Notes under the pieces: generated by a model
Seen by the model: the letters and a program-made list of their open reading frames with translations, nothing else
What the model was told of the DNA's origin: nothing
Databases searched by the model: none
Shown: positions 24,448 through 39,460 of the stretch, in pieces
How positions within the stretch are numbered: position 1 is the first letter of the stretch
Layout of the letters: the number at the start of each line of letters is the position of its first letter
Assembly: GCF_009914755.1 (NCBI RefSeq)
Contig: NC_060934.1
Origin: the human T2T-CHM13v2.0 reference genome, Homo sapiens
DNA length: 64,000 bases
Reading direction: 5' to 3' (one strand)
Program-made: the position numbers and the translations under genes

Positions 24448-25934
24448 CAATATGAGAAGTTTTAACTCTTTTTCTGTTTTCAATATAATATCCACCCCTA
24501 AAAACAGAAGAAAAAGAAAGCCCACAATATCAGCACTGGTTGAGACATTTATCAAAGAGCTTGATATGGATCAATCAAATCCCTTCTTCCTAAACCCATC
24601 ACAGGTACATATGGGAGAGCATTTGTGCTCAAGAGTAATTGCTACTCACTTCCACCTTGGTATTTGCTCCATTATTTCTTAGCTTCTTGGCCCTCAAAGC
24701 CTCTATGATCACAGTAAGATTTTCCACAAGCCCCTTTTTCGCTTGGGCTGAGGTGCCTTTCTGTTTAGGTCTCTGGGAAACTGTTCCCCCAAAAAATGTT
24801 GTCTTTGACAACTAAGGAAGTTTCAGAGGATTGGATGCTGAGTGCTGCTGCTAACCTGTAAATCTGTACCCCATTCCTGGCTTCCTGGGCTTCTCCCCAA
24901 GGCACACAGTCACTGATCTCCACGGGCAAATCAAATGAAATCTTTACCAAGGCTTTGAGAAAATTGTTAAAAAGAATATAAAATGTAATCAGAAGCACGA
25001 GAAAAGCTAGTGACTGGCATTAAGTGCTCTCCATTAGGTACGTAATGGCCTGTCCTGGCTTCCCCTCCAAGTCCCATACATTTATTGCTGGACAATGTGC
25101 ATGTGTGGCCTATCATTCTCCTTGAGCATTTACAGAGCCTTGATCATCACACATGAGCTTAGCCTGGTCCCACACACCAGGGATCAGGGTCTTACCCCCA
25201 GGATAGGGACCTAAATGCTATATTGCAGGGTGAGCCAGAGCAGCATTCCTGAATGTTGACACTCCTAACAATATTTGATCTCTTCCTTCTTGCCATTCCA
25301 AGGGCAATAACTTCTCAGATATTTCCCCTTTGACTTAGGATCAGTAGCATTATCTCCTTGCTGTGCACTTCTCTTTGAGTCCCAATCCCCCATCTATTTA
25401 CAAAAGACCAGATAAGATCAGCAACTTGCCCAATGCTGTTCCAATTCCTTTCACAAGACCCCAGCCCTTTTCATCACCTTTTTCTCAACTTGCCTCCAGC
25501 CCTTGTGGAAGAGGTGATGAAGCCATTCCCTTGAATGGTTGGAGCACCTGCTATAGACAGTTCCAGGTGCTGTCTCTGTCCAAGCTCCTAACTTTTCATC
25601 TCATAGAACATTGGGGCATTTTGGATCTAGAAGGAAACTGTAGATTACAAGCTGGTTCAGCCTCTTATTAAACACCTGAAGAAGTAATTAGGTGTCCATG
25701 ACTTGCAAAATATCATACTGTAGCGAGGGTTATTAACCCACTAAAATGTGGTTTTCTAGATGTGGTCTAAGCACGTATTTCACTCCACCATGTAAATTCA
25801 ACTCCATCTCTAGTCTTTCCTTTTGTTTAAACGTTTTTAGATTTCTTTCACCCATTTGGTTCATTTTCAGTTCTTTTGACCCTCAGTACACCTCCACATT
25901 GTCTCTTACAACTAAAGCAAATTTCCAGACCCAC

Positions 25935-26188
25935 TTTTTTTTTTTTTTTTTTTAAGACAGAGTATCACTCTGTTGCCCAGGCTGGAGTGGACTGGTGTGA
26001 TCTCGGCTCACTGCAACCTCCGCCCCCTGGGTTCAAGCAATGTTTATCCCCAGCCTCCCAAGTAGCTGGGATTACAGGCATGCACCACCATACCCAGCTA
26101 AAGTTTGTATGTTTAGTAGAGACAGGATTTCACCATGTTGGCCAGGCTGGCCTTCTGGGATTACAGGCATGAGCCACAGCACCTGGCC
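25935..26188 (-). mobile_element. AluS with ~46-bp left-arm deletion
   Basis: 'ggccaggctgg cctt ctgggattacagg' replaces the ~50-nt consensus segment that contains the B box. Confidence 0.92.
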
Positions 26189-26679
26189 TGGCTCACTTTC
26201 AATATGTCCTTTCTACCAATAAGCATTGTCAAAATTCATTCCCCTCCCTACCGGCAAAACCCTTTGTGAGCCTCCCTTTCCTTTTATGATGATATAGCTG
26301 AGGGTGATACCTGAGGAACAGAAAAAAGTTATGACTTCTTGGAATGCTTTTCCTTTTGCATATCTGGAAAATAGCAAATTCCTACATATGCTTCAATTCC
26401 CTACTCAATTAATCTCCTCTTAGTTTTCCCTGCCATGCCCTTTGCTCTTCAGACCTTTTTCTTTCCTTTGTGCTATATTTTCACCATGTTGGCCTCTTCT
26501 GCTAGAGTATGAACTCATCAAGCAAGAGATCTCATCTCACTCTTTTTTAGCACCCCTGTAGCCCAGTATGGTGTCTGGCATAGAATAAATGCTTGATAAA
26601 TGCTTATAGAAATAAAATAAAATCAATATCAACCATCTCTCCTAAAGAACTCTTTATTTTTCCCTATATTTATTTTCTT

Positions 26680-27053
<374 letters not shown>

Positions 27054-28049
27054 TAAATTTCACATGCCACCTAAACCTGGTTAAAATTAAAAGCATTTAT
27101 AATTATGAAATATCATCAAAGAGTGGGCTATTCTCCATAATGAAATTTTCAGTTTTCAGCAATATTTCCTTATTGTAATTAATTGTTGATCATCTTTATA
27201 AAGAGCATTACAGACTTTCCTGCTTTCTTTAACAGAGCACAGCATTGTAACATATTGTCTTCCTGATGAGTTAGGCAGTTTTATGCACACCAATTATTGT
27301 ACTCTGATATCATATAATGAAGCCCATGGGGGCTATTAAGGCAAGTAGAGTTGTTGGCCTCAACACCAAAAGACTCTAAGATTTTTTGTGTGTTTTTAAT
27401 GCTTGGGTCTTGTTTCGGAGCTTTATGCTTCCTCATTGAAAATTTAATTGTCACTCTGTTAGCGTCATAAAGTGAGCCTTGCCTCTCCTTATTCATATTG
27501 TGCTTTCAATAAGTCATTGTTGAATTTGATGAATTGGTTAAAAAGCAGGGGCTTTTTGACAGCTACTCAGAGCCTGTTCCTGCTCTCCAACTAAAAGGGA
27601 CATTATCGATGTAAGAACAGCCAGTCGGCAAAAACCCGGGGAAATATCATATAAGTATTGGCTGCGGGGCTCATAAGATAAAAACAATTAGGGAGGAGTA
27701 TAAGAAAACAAGCACATTCTATAGGATTCCAAGGGGAAAAATCAGGCAGAACTAGCAAATGAAATGCACAAATGTTTTCACTTACTACGTTCCTACCTCT
27801 TCTTCATTCCCCATTTCTCATACCACGGCACATATCACTAAGTCATCTTATCTTTCTTTCCCAGTTTCCTTACAATCCTGTTGGGTACCAGTCTCCAGAA
27901 AGCCACTATCAATCAGCTAACGATGGCATTAAAGAGTCAACTATAGGATCTTCCAGAACAAGGACTACACTTCAGGAAGATGACCTTCAACATAGGAGGG
28001 AAAAATGTTTCATAGTCAATCTAGTAAGAAGTTCTGCCTTCAAAGCAAA

Positions 28050-28295
28050 AGAACTACCATTTATTAGATGTTTGCCATGTGCCAGGCAATGTCACAACCC
28101 TTTTATATCTCATTTAAGTTCATAATCATCCTGTGACATAAGCAACACTATGTCCCCCAGTTTACAGATGAAGAAACTAAGGCTCAGAGAAGACATGTGA
28201 CTTCCAAAGGGCACTGAGCTAGGAAGTAGTGACACTCGGATTCAAACCTTGGATCTGGCCTACTTTAAAGTCCATGGTCTCAAATCTTGTGCTAT
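28050..28295 (-). mobile_element. MIR SINE
   Basis: 'tttacagatgaagaaactaaggctcagaga..gtgacttccaaaggg..gagctaggaagt..ggattcaaacc'. Confidence 0.85.
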
Positions 28296-28689
28296 ACCTG
28301 TTTTACAGGGAGGTGAGTCTCCAGTCACTGGAGCTCAAACAGACTGAACACCTCTTAGCAGGGATATAGAAGGGATTTAATTATCATATGAAGGTAAACC
28401 AAGGACCATTTAAATCTTTGCAATTCTGACAGCCTTATCTTTCCATTCATTCCTTGAAAATAGATTTACTTATATGCAAAGTCTCATGAATCTCAAATGT
28501 CAGTCAACCATTTCAGAGGTTTCTGTGTGTTTATGGTTTTAGGAAAGTATGCAGGAAGACATTATTAAAGACATCTCTCTAACAGAAGCCATTATTTACT
28601 GAATTCTTTTACCAGAGAAATTTGAGTTAAAAGAGGTAACAAACTGAGAGCAAGATAGTCTCTCAGGGTTGGCAGGGTTGTGGTAGAAA

Positions 28690-29120
28690 TTTACAGGTCG
28701 GTTGGGAAGGACCTTCGAGTTATTAAGTGGTTGTCCAGCTTCTATTTCTCTCCTTTATGAGACAAATCCTTCTTCAAGGGCTATTATGGCTGGGTTTCAT
28801 GTTGGGCCTTGAGGATACAATAGAGGTCCAGAAAGGACTTACCCTGCCCTAGAAAGCTTTAGTCTTCTGGAAGCAGCTTATTCCATACCAGGACAGCTCC
28901 AAGGATGGGGAAGTTCTCTTCCAGGAAAGTTATAACCCTTCCCTCTGAAGAGCCCCAGAATATATCTACCATGTCATACACTTGAAGCCATCTATCATAT
29001 CTCCTTCAGGCCTTATTTTTGGCATCTAAGCACCCCGTGTGTCAATCATCTCTCGTGGCAAGATCTGTCCGGCTTGCTATCCAGGACGCCCTGTCTTGGA
29101 CACTCTTCCTGGTTCTTGTT
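28690..29120 (-). mobile_element. L3/CR1 LINE fragment
   Basis: 'gggaaggaccttcgag', 'gcagcttattccat..ggacagctc', 'tatcatatctccttcaggcctt', 'gccctgtcttggacactct'. Confidence 0.55.
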
Positions 29121-29767
29121 AACAAACGAATTTAGGACCACCTTATCCCCATTATGTTTTAACCAATAAAGCACACCCTACTCCTGCCTCTCCCTCACTC
29201 AATTTCCTAGGTTTTTATTGACCCAGGAAAAGAACAGGCAAGATAGCAGGCACTATCTTCAAAATGAGAGCTACTATCTATTAAGTACGTACCATTTGCA
29301 AGGAACTGTTAAGAATTTTCCTTGCATTAACTCACTTATTCTCAATTATTTTTTCCACTTTAAACATAAAGAAACTGAGGTTCTGAGGTTCTGGGTCAAG
29401 ATCTTTATCCTTGCACACATGCCATCAATCACAGACCACATCTTCTTTGTGCCAACATTTGGAAAAAGGAAAACTTCCATGATAACTGTTAAAGGGAGCA
29501 GTGCCTTGGACTTGCTGCCACACACCCTTCCCCTTCCCAAACCTCCACTTACCCAGGCACAAATGGGGCCTATTCTCTAACTTGTTTGTTTCACAAATAC
29601 TGAGTGGGTATTATGGAGCAAGTATCATTCTAGGAATGGAAGGGTGTGTCTAGTGATGAACAGGACAGACTAGATTTCTTCTCTAAGGACCTACACAAGG
29701 TAGATAATAAATAGGTAAACAAATACATATATACTGATGCTTTGGGTTAGTGATATGTGCTCTAGAG

Positions 29768-30108
29768 CAGGGGTGCCCAAACCCCGGGCTGTGCACTGGT
29801 ACTGGTCTGTGGCCTGTTAGGAACCAGGTCACACAGCAGCAGGTGAACAGTGGGAGAGTGAGAATAACCACCTGAGCTCTGCCTCCTGTCAGATCAGCAT
29901 TGGCATTAGATTCTCATAGGATTGTGAACCCTATTGTGAAGTGCCCATGTGGGGGATCTAGATTGCGCACTCCATATGCGAATCTAATGCCTAGTGATCT
30001 GAGATGCAACAGTTTCACCCCAAAAACTTCCCCCTCCCCACCTACGTCTGTGGAAAAATTATCTTCCATGAAACCAGTCCCTGGTGCCGAACAAGTTGGG
30101 GACCACTG
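29768..30108 (+). mobile_element. MER1B hAT-Charlie element, full length
   Basis: TIRs caggggtgcccaa / ttggggaccactg; perfect 8-bp TSD CTCTAGAG (29760-29767 and 30109-30116). Confidence 0.93.
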
Positions 30109-30156
30109 CTCTAGAGAAAAAGAAAGCAGAGTAAGGAGAGAGAGAATAAGAATTGA

Positions 30157-30706
30157 TGTTTTAGAATGTACCTGGAGATTTCCTTTTTATTTGGGTATGG
30201 TGAAGCCAAAAGACCAGGAGAGGACTGCCATTGAAAAGACAGTTTGGTACTTGCAGTTCCTTAGAGGAGGGGCGCAACACACCACAGTGCCATATGGGGC
30301 AATAGCAGGTGATCAGGAGGTGAAGGAGTGAGGAAAGCATGGGCAAAGGCTTTTAGTGTGGTTTTTACTTGAAATAAGTGAGACAGGATCAGTAGCTGAG
30401 CAGCTTTAGGATCAGACAGTTTGAATAATTTTGGCAGGCTCTGGGCTATAGGGGAGGTGTCCAGCTGTCTGATACCTGGCCCCAGGGTGATTTAGGGCAG
30501 GCGGATAGTCCTCCCAGACTGCTGGAGCCTGAGGAAAGGAGGTGGGTAGGGGTATGGACTCTGGAGTGGTTGGTTTCCATATCAAAGGCATAGTTAAAGC
30601 CAAGCTAGTTTGCTATCTTGGGAAAGATAGTCACTCCTTGGGTTTGCAAGGCCCCAAGATACTGAAGCATCTTAAAATATAGAAAATAAAAAGCAGAATG
30701 AATACA
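30157..30706 (-). mobile_element. MER74A-like ERVL solo LTR
   Basis: tg..ca termini; 'gactgccattgaaaagacagttt', 'tttgaataattt', 'acctggccccagggtgatttagggcagg', 'gcaaggccccaagat'. Confidence 0.8.
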
Positions 30707-31030
30707 GTAGGAGACTAAGGAAGGCACAGGACTCTGTAGACTGGTCAGGGAAGAAATGGAAACTAAGCAAAGGTCTGCAGAGGTGAGGCCTGGGGAGGAG
30801 ACTTAGACAAAGAGAACAGCAAACCACAGAACCCCCCCGGGAGCAAGCATGCTGCATGAAGAGCAGCAAGAAGGCCAATGTGGGAAAAACAGAAACAACA
30901 GGAGAGAGGGAGCTGGAGCCAGACTGCACAGGGCTCTGTAGGCCACGCTAGAGAGCTAGAGCTGTATTCTGAAGCCACTGAAGGAAATTTTAGTTTGTTT
31001 GCACATTTACTTCTTATTTTAAAAAACTTA

Positions 31031-31319
<289 letters not shown>

Positions 31320-31689
31320 CTACAAAACTAGAAAGACTAGTAAAACAAATCCCCATATTCTTATTACCCAACAAATGTCAACTCAAATGACCTAACAGTA
31401 TCTAAACCCAAGTCCCCAAACCTTGGGTTATTTAGAAACAAATTCTAGACATCATGTTTTATGTTTAAATACTTCAGCTTGTATCTCTAAAATATAAGAA
31501 GGCTTTTTTTAAGAAAGCATGACCATAATACTATAATCATACCTTAAAAATAAATAAGTAAAACTAATTATTTAATATCACCATTAGTCAGTGCCCCCTA
31601 TATGCACACAATTTTTATTTAAGTAGGATCCAACTCTGCATCTCTGAAGCCTCTGTTAATCTATAGAGTTCTCCTTCCCACCTCCCTGA

Positions 31690-31800
31690 CTGGGACGAAC
31701 CATTTCAATTTGCCTGGGACTGGGTGGGTTTCAAGATTCCATACTTACAGTGCTACAACCAGGAAAGTCTTGGAAAAACAGGTACGAGCTGGCTCTACTC
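31690..31800. mobile_element. MER81-like hAT-Blackjack MITE inside L1MC5
   Basis: 'tttgcctgggactgg..ggtttc..cagtgctacaaccaggaaagtc..aaacaggtacgagctgg'. Confidence 0.65.
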
Positions 31801-34040
31801 TTTTCCCCACCCCTTGCCAAATTATTTGTCCTGCAGCACTTCCCACAGTCTGGATTTTGCTAAGTACATTCCCATTGTGTCATTTCTTATGTACCTTTAT
31901 CCCTTGTATATCCTCAAAATTGGTTATTAGGTCTAGAAGCTAGATCACATTCAGGTTTAATATTCTCACACACAAAAAGCAACCTTCTTGGGTCATAGTA
32001 TGTGTACATACACACACTATTTCAAGTTGTCTCTTTTCATGTGTGATCTTGGCAGCCATTGGGATTGTTACCTAGACATGTTTAAGTAGTAGTTTTCTAA
32101 TTCTACACCTGCTTCTTTCTTTATTAACAGAAATACTTACATAAAGAGAAACTTTTTCTCTCTTGGTTACCCTGAGACATAGTCCTTAGAAGGTTCTGAG
32201 AGGTGAATGGCAAACAATGTCTCTAGATGTTTTTCTAAACATCACTCTGACTCTTGTGAGAACAGCAGCTATTAGGGAGTTACAAATAGGATCAAGAGAA
32301 TGGTAGAGAGGCTGTGTTCTAGAAGAGAGACAAGAATGTCTTGAACTAGGGTGGGAGCAGTGGAGTTGAGAAAACATGGTCAGATATGGGATGGAGAGTC
32401 AATGCTGAAAGGTTAGGTATGGGGTGCTAAGGAAAGAGAAGAGATAAGGATGACCCCAAGGTTCTGAGTAACTGAGTAGGTGAGGGTGACATTTGCTGGG
32501 ATGGGGAGAATGTGAGAAGAAACAGGTTTGGGCTTAGAAGAGATAGCATATAATAAAGTGAAACAAAATTGCCTGAGTTGTAAGAAAAGATGTGCAACTA
32601 TTCTAGAGGATCTTGATCTAAAACTCAAGAGATGCCCAGACCACTGAAAATATGAGTCTTTTTTTTATTTTTAAATTTGTGTTCCCAGTATCAAACAAGT
32701 TAACTCTTCTAAATACTTGGAGGATACTCTTTTTCCAGCCTATCACCAAGGCCATTTGTCAGAGCTGTGGCTTCCGGAACTCATGAATGCATCATGAGGG
32801 TGAGACATCAAGTCCAAATTTTTACAAACACCACATTCACACTCTGTGTAAAGCACTCAAAGCTGTTACCACAAATCAATGTCATCTAGAGACTAAACTA
32901 ACATTTGATGACAGCCAAGAGCAGCCACTCTTCTCCCTGTTGATGTGATTTCCTTTCCGGGTCCACCTTAGAAGGTTGTGCAGTTATGACTCTAGGAAAC
33001 ACCATTCCCATTGTGGTCTGTGATAGTCCTTCCCATTGAAGTCTCACCTCTCCAGGAAAATCCTGAAGGAGAAAGTGAAAGGCAACTCATCTAGGTGTAG
33101 GTGGTGGCTGCTGTCTACACAGCCAGAGAAGCCCTGAGCAACTCCTCTTCCTGAAAAATGACTCTCCTGAAACATCTTACTTTAATTATTCTGTTGTGGG
33201 CATCCTTTTTAAACACAAAATGCCATTACTCCTATATTCATAAACTGAAAAAATGTCTTCATCTAGAGCTCCTCTAAAGGTGATCTTCCCTTCCCACTTT
33301 TGTTTGATGTCATGTGACTTTTTGAATTTTACCATCTCTGGTAGGGGTGGGCCAGCAGATATCACTGGGAGAAGGAGAAAAAGCAAACACACTGCTCCAT
33401 GCTTCTCAGCCAGAAAATATGATACACTGTTTGTTACTATGGAGAGTGAAGGAGTGATGTGGGTGAGTGCATTCATAGATTTATTTGTAAGCTGATTTAT
33501 ACTGATGAGCCTGCAAGCGCCCCACCATGGAATGAGAGGCAGTCTTCGGGAGAAGAAGTGGTACTGAGCTATAAAATATCACAAGGGAAAGATAATAGCA
33601 GTTCAGAGGCAGATGACATTTTACTGTCAATGAAGACTTTTCCCTTCATCTCTTGAATCCTGCAGCTACTTTATGAGTTAGGCAGGGCAGGGAGTGTGAA
33701 CCTCATTTCAGAAATGAGAAAGTTTGAAGAGGAAAAGTGATTTCCTCACAATCCCACTGCTTATAAGTCACAGAGTGAAGTGGCATATCCATGTCTTCTG
33801 ACCCCAGGGCCTACAGGTGGGAGTGAGCTTCTTGCTTAACCAATAGTGAGTGGTGGACTTCAGCTTCAGTGGGGTAGATACTTCAGACATTAGTCTTTCT
33901 CAATATCCCTCTTCAAAAGTGGTGGTGTGAGCAACCATTACTACCAGTGAAATATGCCAATGTAAGCCCAAAGCTATTGCCTTGTATTCCCTGGGAACAT
34001 CTTTTCTGGAAGGCTGACATCAATCAGAAATGGCCCTTTG

Positions 34041-34422
34041 AAAATGTGGTAAATATACATCATGGAATACTACTCAGCCATAGAAAGAAACAAAATAATG
34101 TCTTTTGCAGCAACTTGGATAGAGCTGAAGACCATTGTTTTAAGTGAAGTAATTCAGTAATGGAAAACCAAATATCATATGTTCTCACTTAAAGTCCGTG
34201 CTGAGTTATGAGAATGCAAAGGCATAAGAGTGATACAATGGAGTTTGGGGACTTGGGGAAACTTGAGAGGGTGGTGAGGGATAAAAGACGACATATTGGG
34301 TAAAGTGTGCACTGCTCAGATAATGGATGCACTAAAATCTCATAAATCACCACTAAAGAATTTATCCAGGTAACTAAAACCTACCTGTACCCCAAAACCT
34401 ATTCAAATTTTTAAAAAATAAA
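34041..34422 (+). mobile_element. L1PB-type LINE-1 3' end (5'-truncated)
   Basis: 'catggaatactactcagccata', 'gagaatgcaaaggcataagagtgatacaatgg', 'aaatcaccactaaagaa'; near-TSD aaat(g/a)gccc(c)ttt. Confidence 0.88.
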
Positions 34423-34859
34423 TAGCCCCTTTTATTTTCTTATAAAATATACCATTTGTTTTCTTCCAATTTTTAGAAGTATGACAAGGTCATTGTTTTT
34501 ACAAATGGCGAATATAAAAATGCTCCCTTATTTCAGCGATAAAATTCATTAACATTGTGGTATAAGTCATCTAAAATGATATGGTACAGATGTTTCTACA
34601 ACTAACTACATACATTGGGATCATACCGCTATTTCATTTTATAGCCTGCTTTTTTACTTTATATATCATAAGCATATTTCAAAACACTAAACATCTGATT
34701 ATTTTTTACTTCTTCAGAGTAAGGTTTCTTTACTATGTGAAAGCACCATCATATATTCAACCATTTCCTTACTGACAGACCTGTCCAATTTCAGTTGTTT
34801 GCTTTTCTTTTTACCTTTTATCAGAAAAGAATGGATGTGTAAGTGCCTCTTATGTGTCA

Positions 34860-36010
<1,151 letters not shown>

Positions 36011-36194
36011 ACTAATTCCAAGTAGATAAGGTTCCTTGTATGTGTAATCTCAAACTTGCCCTAAATTGCTTCTGAGTTTCATTTCTTGAGATTTACTTAA
36101 CCTGATCACCTACTTTCAATCATTTACTGATTGTTTATGTTCTGTGCTTTTTTTATATATATGAACTCATTTAATCTTCCCACAAACTGGCTGA

Positions 36195-36760
36195 AGAAGA
36201 CAGCTGATATTTTTGCTTCCTTCTAGCAGTCACTCTTCCTTGTCTCATAACTTTGCTCCAACTTTTCTCTGCAGAATCATCTATCCCCTACTCTAGGACC
36301 AAGTGATTTTGGTTGGGGGAAAGATGCTGACACACCCAGCAGTGGGCTGGGCATATGACCAAAACTAAAGCCAAAGAGTGCATCACATTCTCCCGGCGAC
36401 AATAATTGCTTCAAGACGGGCACATGACCAAATGAGCCAATGAGATGCAAAGAGACTTGTGCTTGGGCTGCTAAGACAGATGCACATTCTCTTCCCCAAA
36501 GAAAATGTACTGCCGGTACTGCTACAGCCATCTTACCCCACCTGAGCCTCAGATTGAGGCCAGGAGAGAAGTAGGTAGGGGTAAGAGGGGAAGAGACAGC
36601 AAGTTGTGATGATGTTGGATAACAAACTGGGCTTAAAGCCCCTTCTATAACCTGGACTTGTCATTTACATGAGCAAATCAACTTCCTTTCTTTTTTTTCT
36701 TTAGCTGAAGTCAGTTGGAATTAGGTTTTCTGTAAACTGGAAACCAAAAGAGTCCTATCC
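36195..36760 (+). mobile_element. Old MaLR LTR (MLT1K/L-like)
   Basis: 'gggcatatgacc', 'gggcacatgaccaaa..gccaatgaga', 'cagccatctt', 'ttacatgagcaaat', 'gttggaattaggttttctgt..aaccaaaagagtcct'. Confidence 0.6.
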
Positions 36761-36944
36761 ATATGCCTATAAAGGAGGTATTATTGGAAATAATTATTGT
36801 AAATTAAAGCTTCAAAACATCACTTTAGGCAAATTATAGCTAATAAACAGCATAGCTAAGATTTGATTTTGAGATTTCCTAACTTTATACTTTGCTGTTT
36901 TCCATCATGAGATTGAAAACCTTGCAAAATGTGGATAAGGGAAA

Positions 36945-36955
36945 ACACACATGCA

Positions 36956-36992
<37 letters not shown>
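36945..36992. repeat. (CA)16 microsatellite with CACGCG extension
   Basis: acacacatgcacgcgc followed by (ac)16: 48 bp of alternating purine/pyrimidine. Confidence 0.95.
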
Positions 36993-36994
<2 letters not shown>

Positions 36995-37707
36995 TAAATT
37001 ACCAGGTGATTTTAAATGACCTCTGTGGGTCAATCTCCTCCTCTCTTCAGTCAAGACATACTATTACACTAGACAGTGTTAAAAGTCTGCCTCACACAAT
37101 GCAGAAAAGTATTCCTAAAAATGTGAGTACACATTACTTTTTACTAGTCAAATTTTATTGCACAAGGTTATTTTTTCTTTAAAGAGACTCTATGGTGATC
37201 CTTTGGCAAAGTGAAGAATCTTAAATTTGAAAAGCAACGTAGTGCCCTCATTTAAATCTGAACATTTGTTGATCAGGATTGCTTCAAAATAAGTCTGGCT
37301 TACAATTTAAAGGAGAGGGAATCCTAGCAGGGTGCAGGTCATGTGTAAAAGGCTACTTTTTGTTTCAAATGTTTACATGAATAGGTTATCCAAAACGTCC
37401 AAAATGCTTCCAAAGATCTCATAAGGTAGAGATCCTCAGCTGTGTCCGGAAAACTTGGTAAAACCTTCTGTTAGAACAATTGATTTGTCTAGCAGGCATT
37501 CATTTTAAAAAAAAATTATGTGTGGCACCTACTAAATTCTGGGAACTGTGCTAGGGAGTTGAGATATGATATTAAGCAAAAACAAGAAAGCCTGCTGTCT
37601 TGGAGTTTATAGTATCAAAAAACGACTCCTGTGTACTGTGCTAGAAACTGGGTAGACAGAGGTAAATAAAGCTGATATCATCCCTGCCCTCACAGAGCAT
37701 GACCAAG

Positions 37708-37944
37708 TATAATATCTCTAAATTTTGTATTGTTGCACTCCATTATTAGAAAAACTTTTGAGCACAATCCCTAATAAATATATATTTTCTTGTTCATAAA
37801 TTTTATACTTGTGCTACTTTCAGATATATATAGTATAAAGTATACACAGCACACAAACACACACACAACTAGACAGTAAAAAGAAACCAAAATTTAACAA
37901 AAAGAGTTCAAATATTTTCCTCTACACCCCTTTAGAGACCACTG
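37708..37944 (-). mobile_element. MER112-like hAT-Charlie element
   Basis: 'aaaacttttgagcac', 'aaatattttcc', terminal 'cacccctttagagaccactg'. Confidence 0.6.
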
Positions 37945-38659
37945 GTCTACTGAGCTAAGTTTCCAATGTCCAAGCATTGGCCTAAACTAATCCTTTCAGA
38001 CAGAGTCAAGGATTAACCTACACACTAGGGCAAGGGCCTGAGAATATCTTATTCCTGTCTGGAAGCCACCTATCAATGCCTGGCCGCCATCACTAAACCA
38101 CTCTTGAATTCAGGGCAACCACGATCAAACCAGCTGTTTGACTGATTGAGTTTTCACTTTTCAAGCATTTGCTTTGGCATTGGGTAGACACACTGCTTGA
38201 GTGAATATTTGTCACAAAATATCTTACTTATGCACCAAGAATGGCTGGTTCATTGACCAATGCTGGAAAACCCAGGGATGAAGAAAAATCTCCCGTGCAT
38301 TCTACTCAGAAACACATTACCTGGATAAGGCTGGCCGCATTCTCCAACCAGGCCTTCAATTATGAAGCATCAGTATTCTTGTCATCCTCTATTTCCAAGG
38401 CTAAATTGTGCAGCCCATGAACTACAAAAAAAAAAAGTGGTGTTTCCTTAAACCAAATTTCTACTCATATTCCTGCAAATTAATTCAACCAACGTTTATC
38501 AGTGCCTACTATGAACAAGATACAACCAATAGGAATTTATTTTTGCCCAATGACCTGAACTAACATATATATTTATATGGATTCATACACACACATATGG
38601 GTTAAGAGACTCAGTTACATACAGAGCTCCTACTTTAAGAAAATTATTTCACAAAAAAT

Positions 38660-39460
38660 GATTGCTAAGTGGCGTTTACTTGCCCCATCCCCAGGCATCA
38701 TTGTGAGCGTACATTAGCATCCAACAGCATGCTTCATTCCCGCATGCGCTAATGAAAAATGATTGCTTGTCTTTCTAAAACGAAACCAATTATTCTTGTT
38801 TTTGTTGAATGGGAATTTAGGTTGTGTTTAGTGACAGAATAACTAAATCAGTCTTATTTGGAATCCAAGCATCAACGTGGATCCTGTTGCTTTGCTGACA
38901 GGAAATGTAACCCAGATAGCTTATTTGCTAAAACGGCTATTTTGGCTTTGAAACAAACAAACAAAAAACTCCACTCTTGTGACTTCGGAGCGAATGAACC
39001 ATGTGCCCTCACCTCCAACTTTCTCTTTCCTTGGCATCTGCCCTAACACGGTACAGTAATGAGGCAACATTTTACATAACCCGCAGTATCTGCTCCGTGC
39101 TGGTATACAAACGCCTACCTGATTGACTATCACCATTTTAGAACTGCGGCCTAATCACATTTTTTCAGGCTGTATGAACAAAATAATGTTTCTTTAATTA
39201 CGTGAACTCTTTATTTTTTATATTTTAATGACACTTTAGAAGATAGAATAGCCGCTTCTCTTAGATGAGGTGCTATTAATCAGGAGTGACAGCTAGTTAT
39301 TTGATACATTTTTTTAAATCCCACTTGTATTTTCACACAAGTAATCTGGGACTTGATTTCTCAGTCCTGGGTCTGTTATGTCACTTGTGTTTCTGCCCAT
39401 AATGAGCAAAATAATTGAACCAAATTAGCACTATCTATAATTCAGTGCTAGCTTAAAGGC
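38660..39460. promoter_or_regulatory. Candidate enhancer (unique, CpG-retaining, TALE/SOX/ETS motifs)
   Basis: About 16 CpG in ~590 bp of AT-rich unique DNA; TGACAG x3, TGATTGAC, CAGGAAAT, CATTGT, several TAAT cores. Confidence 0.45.
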
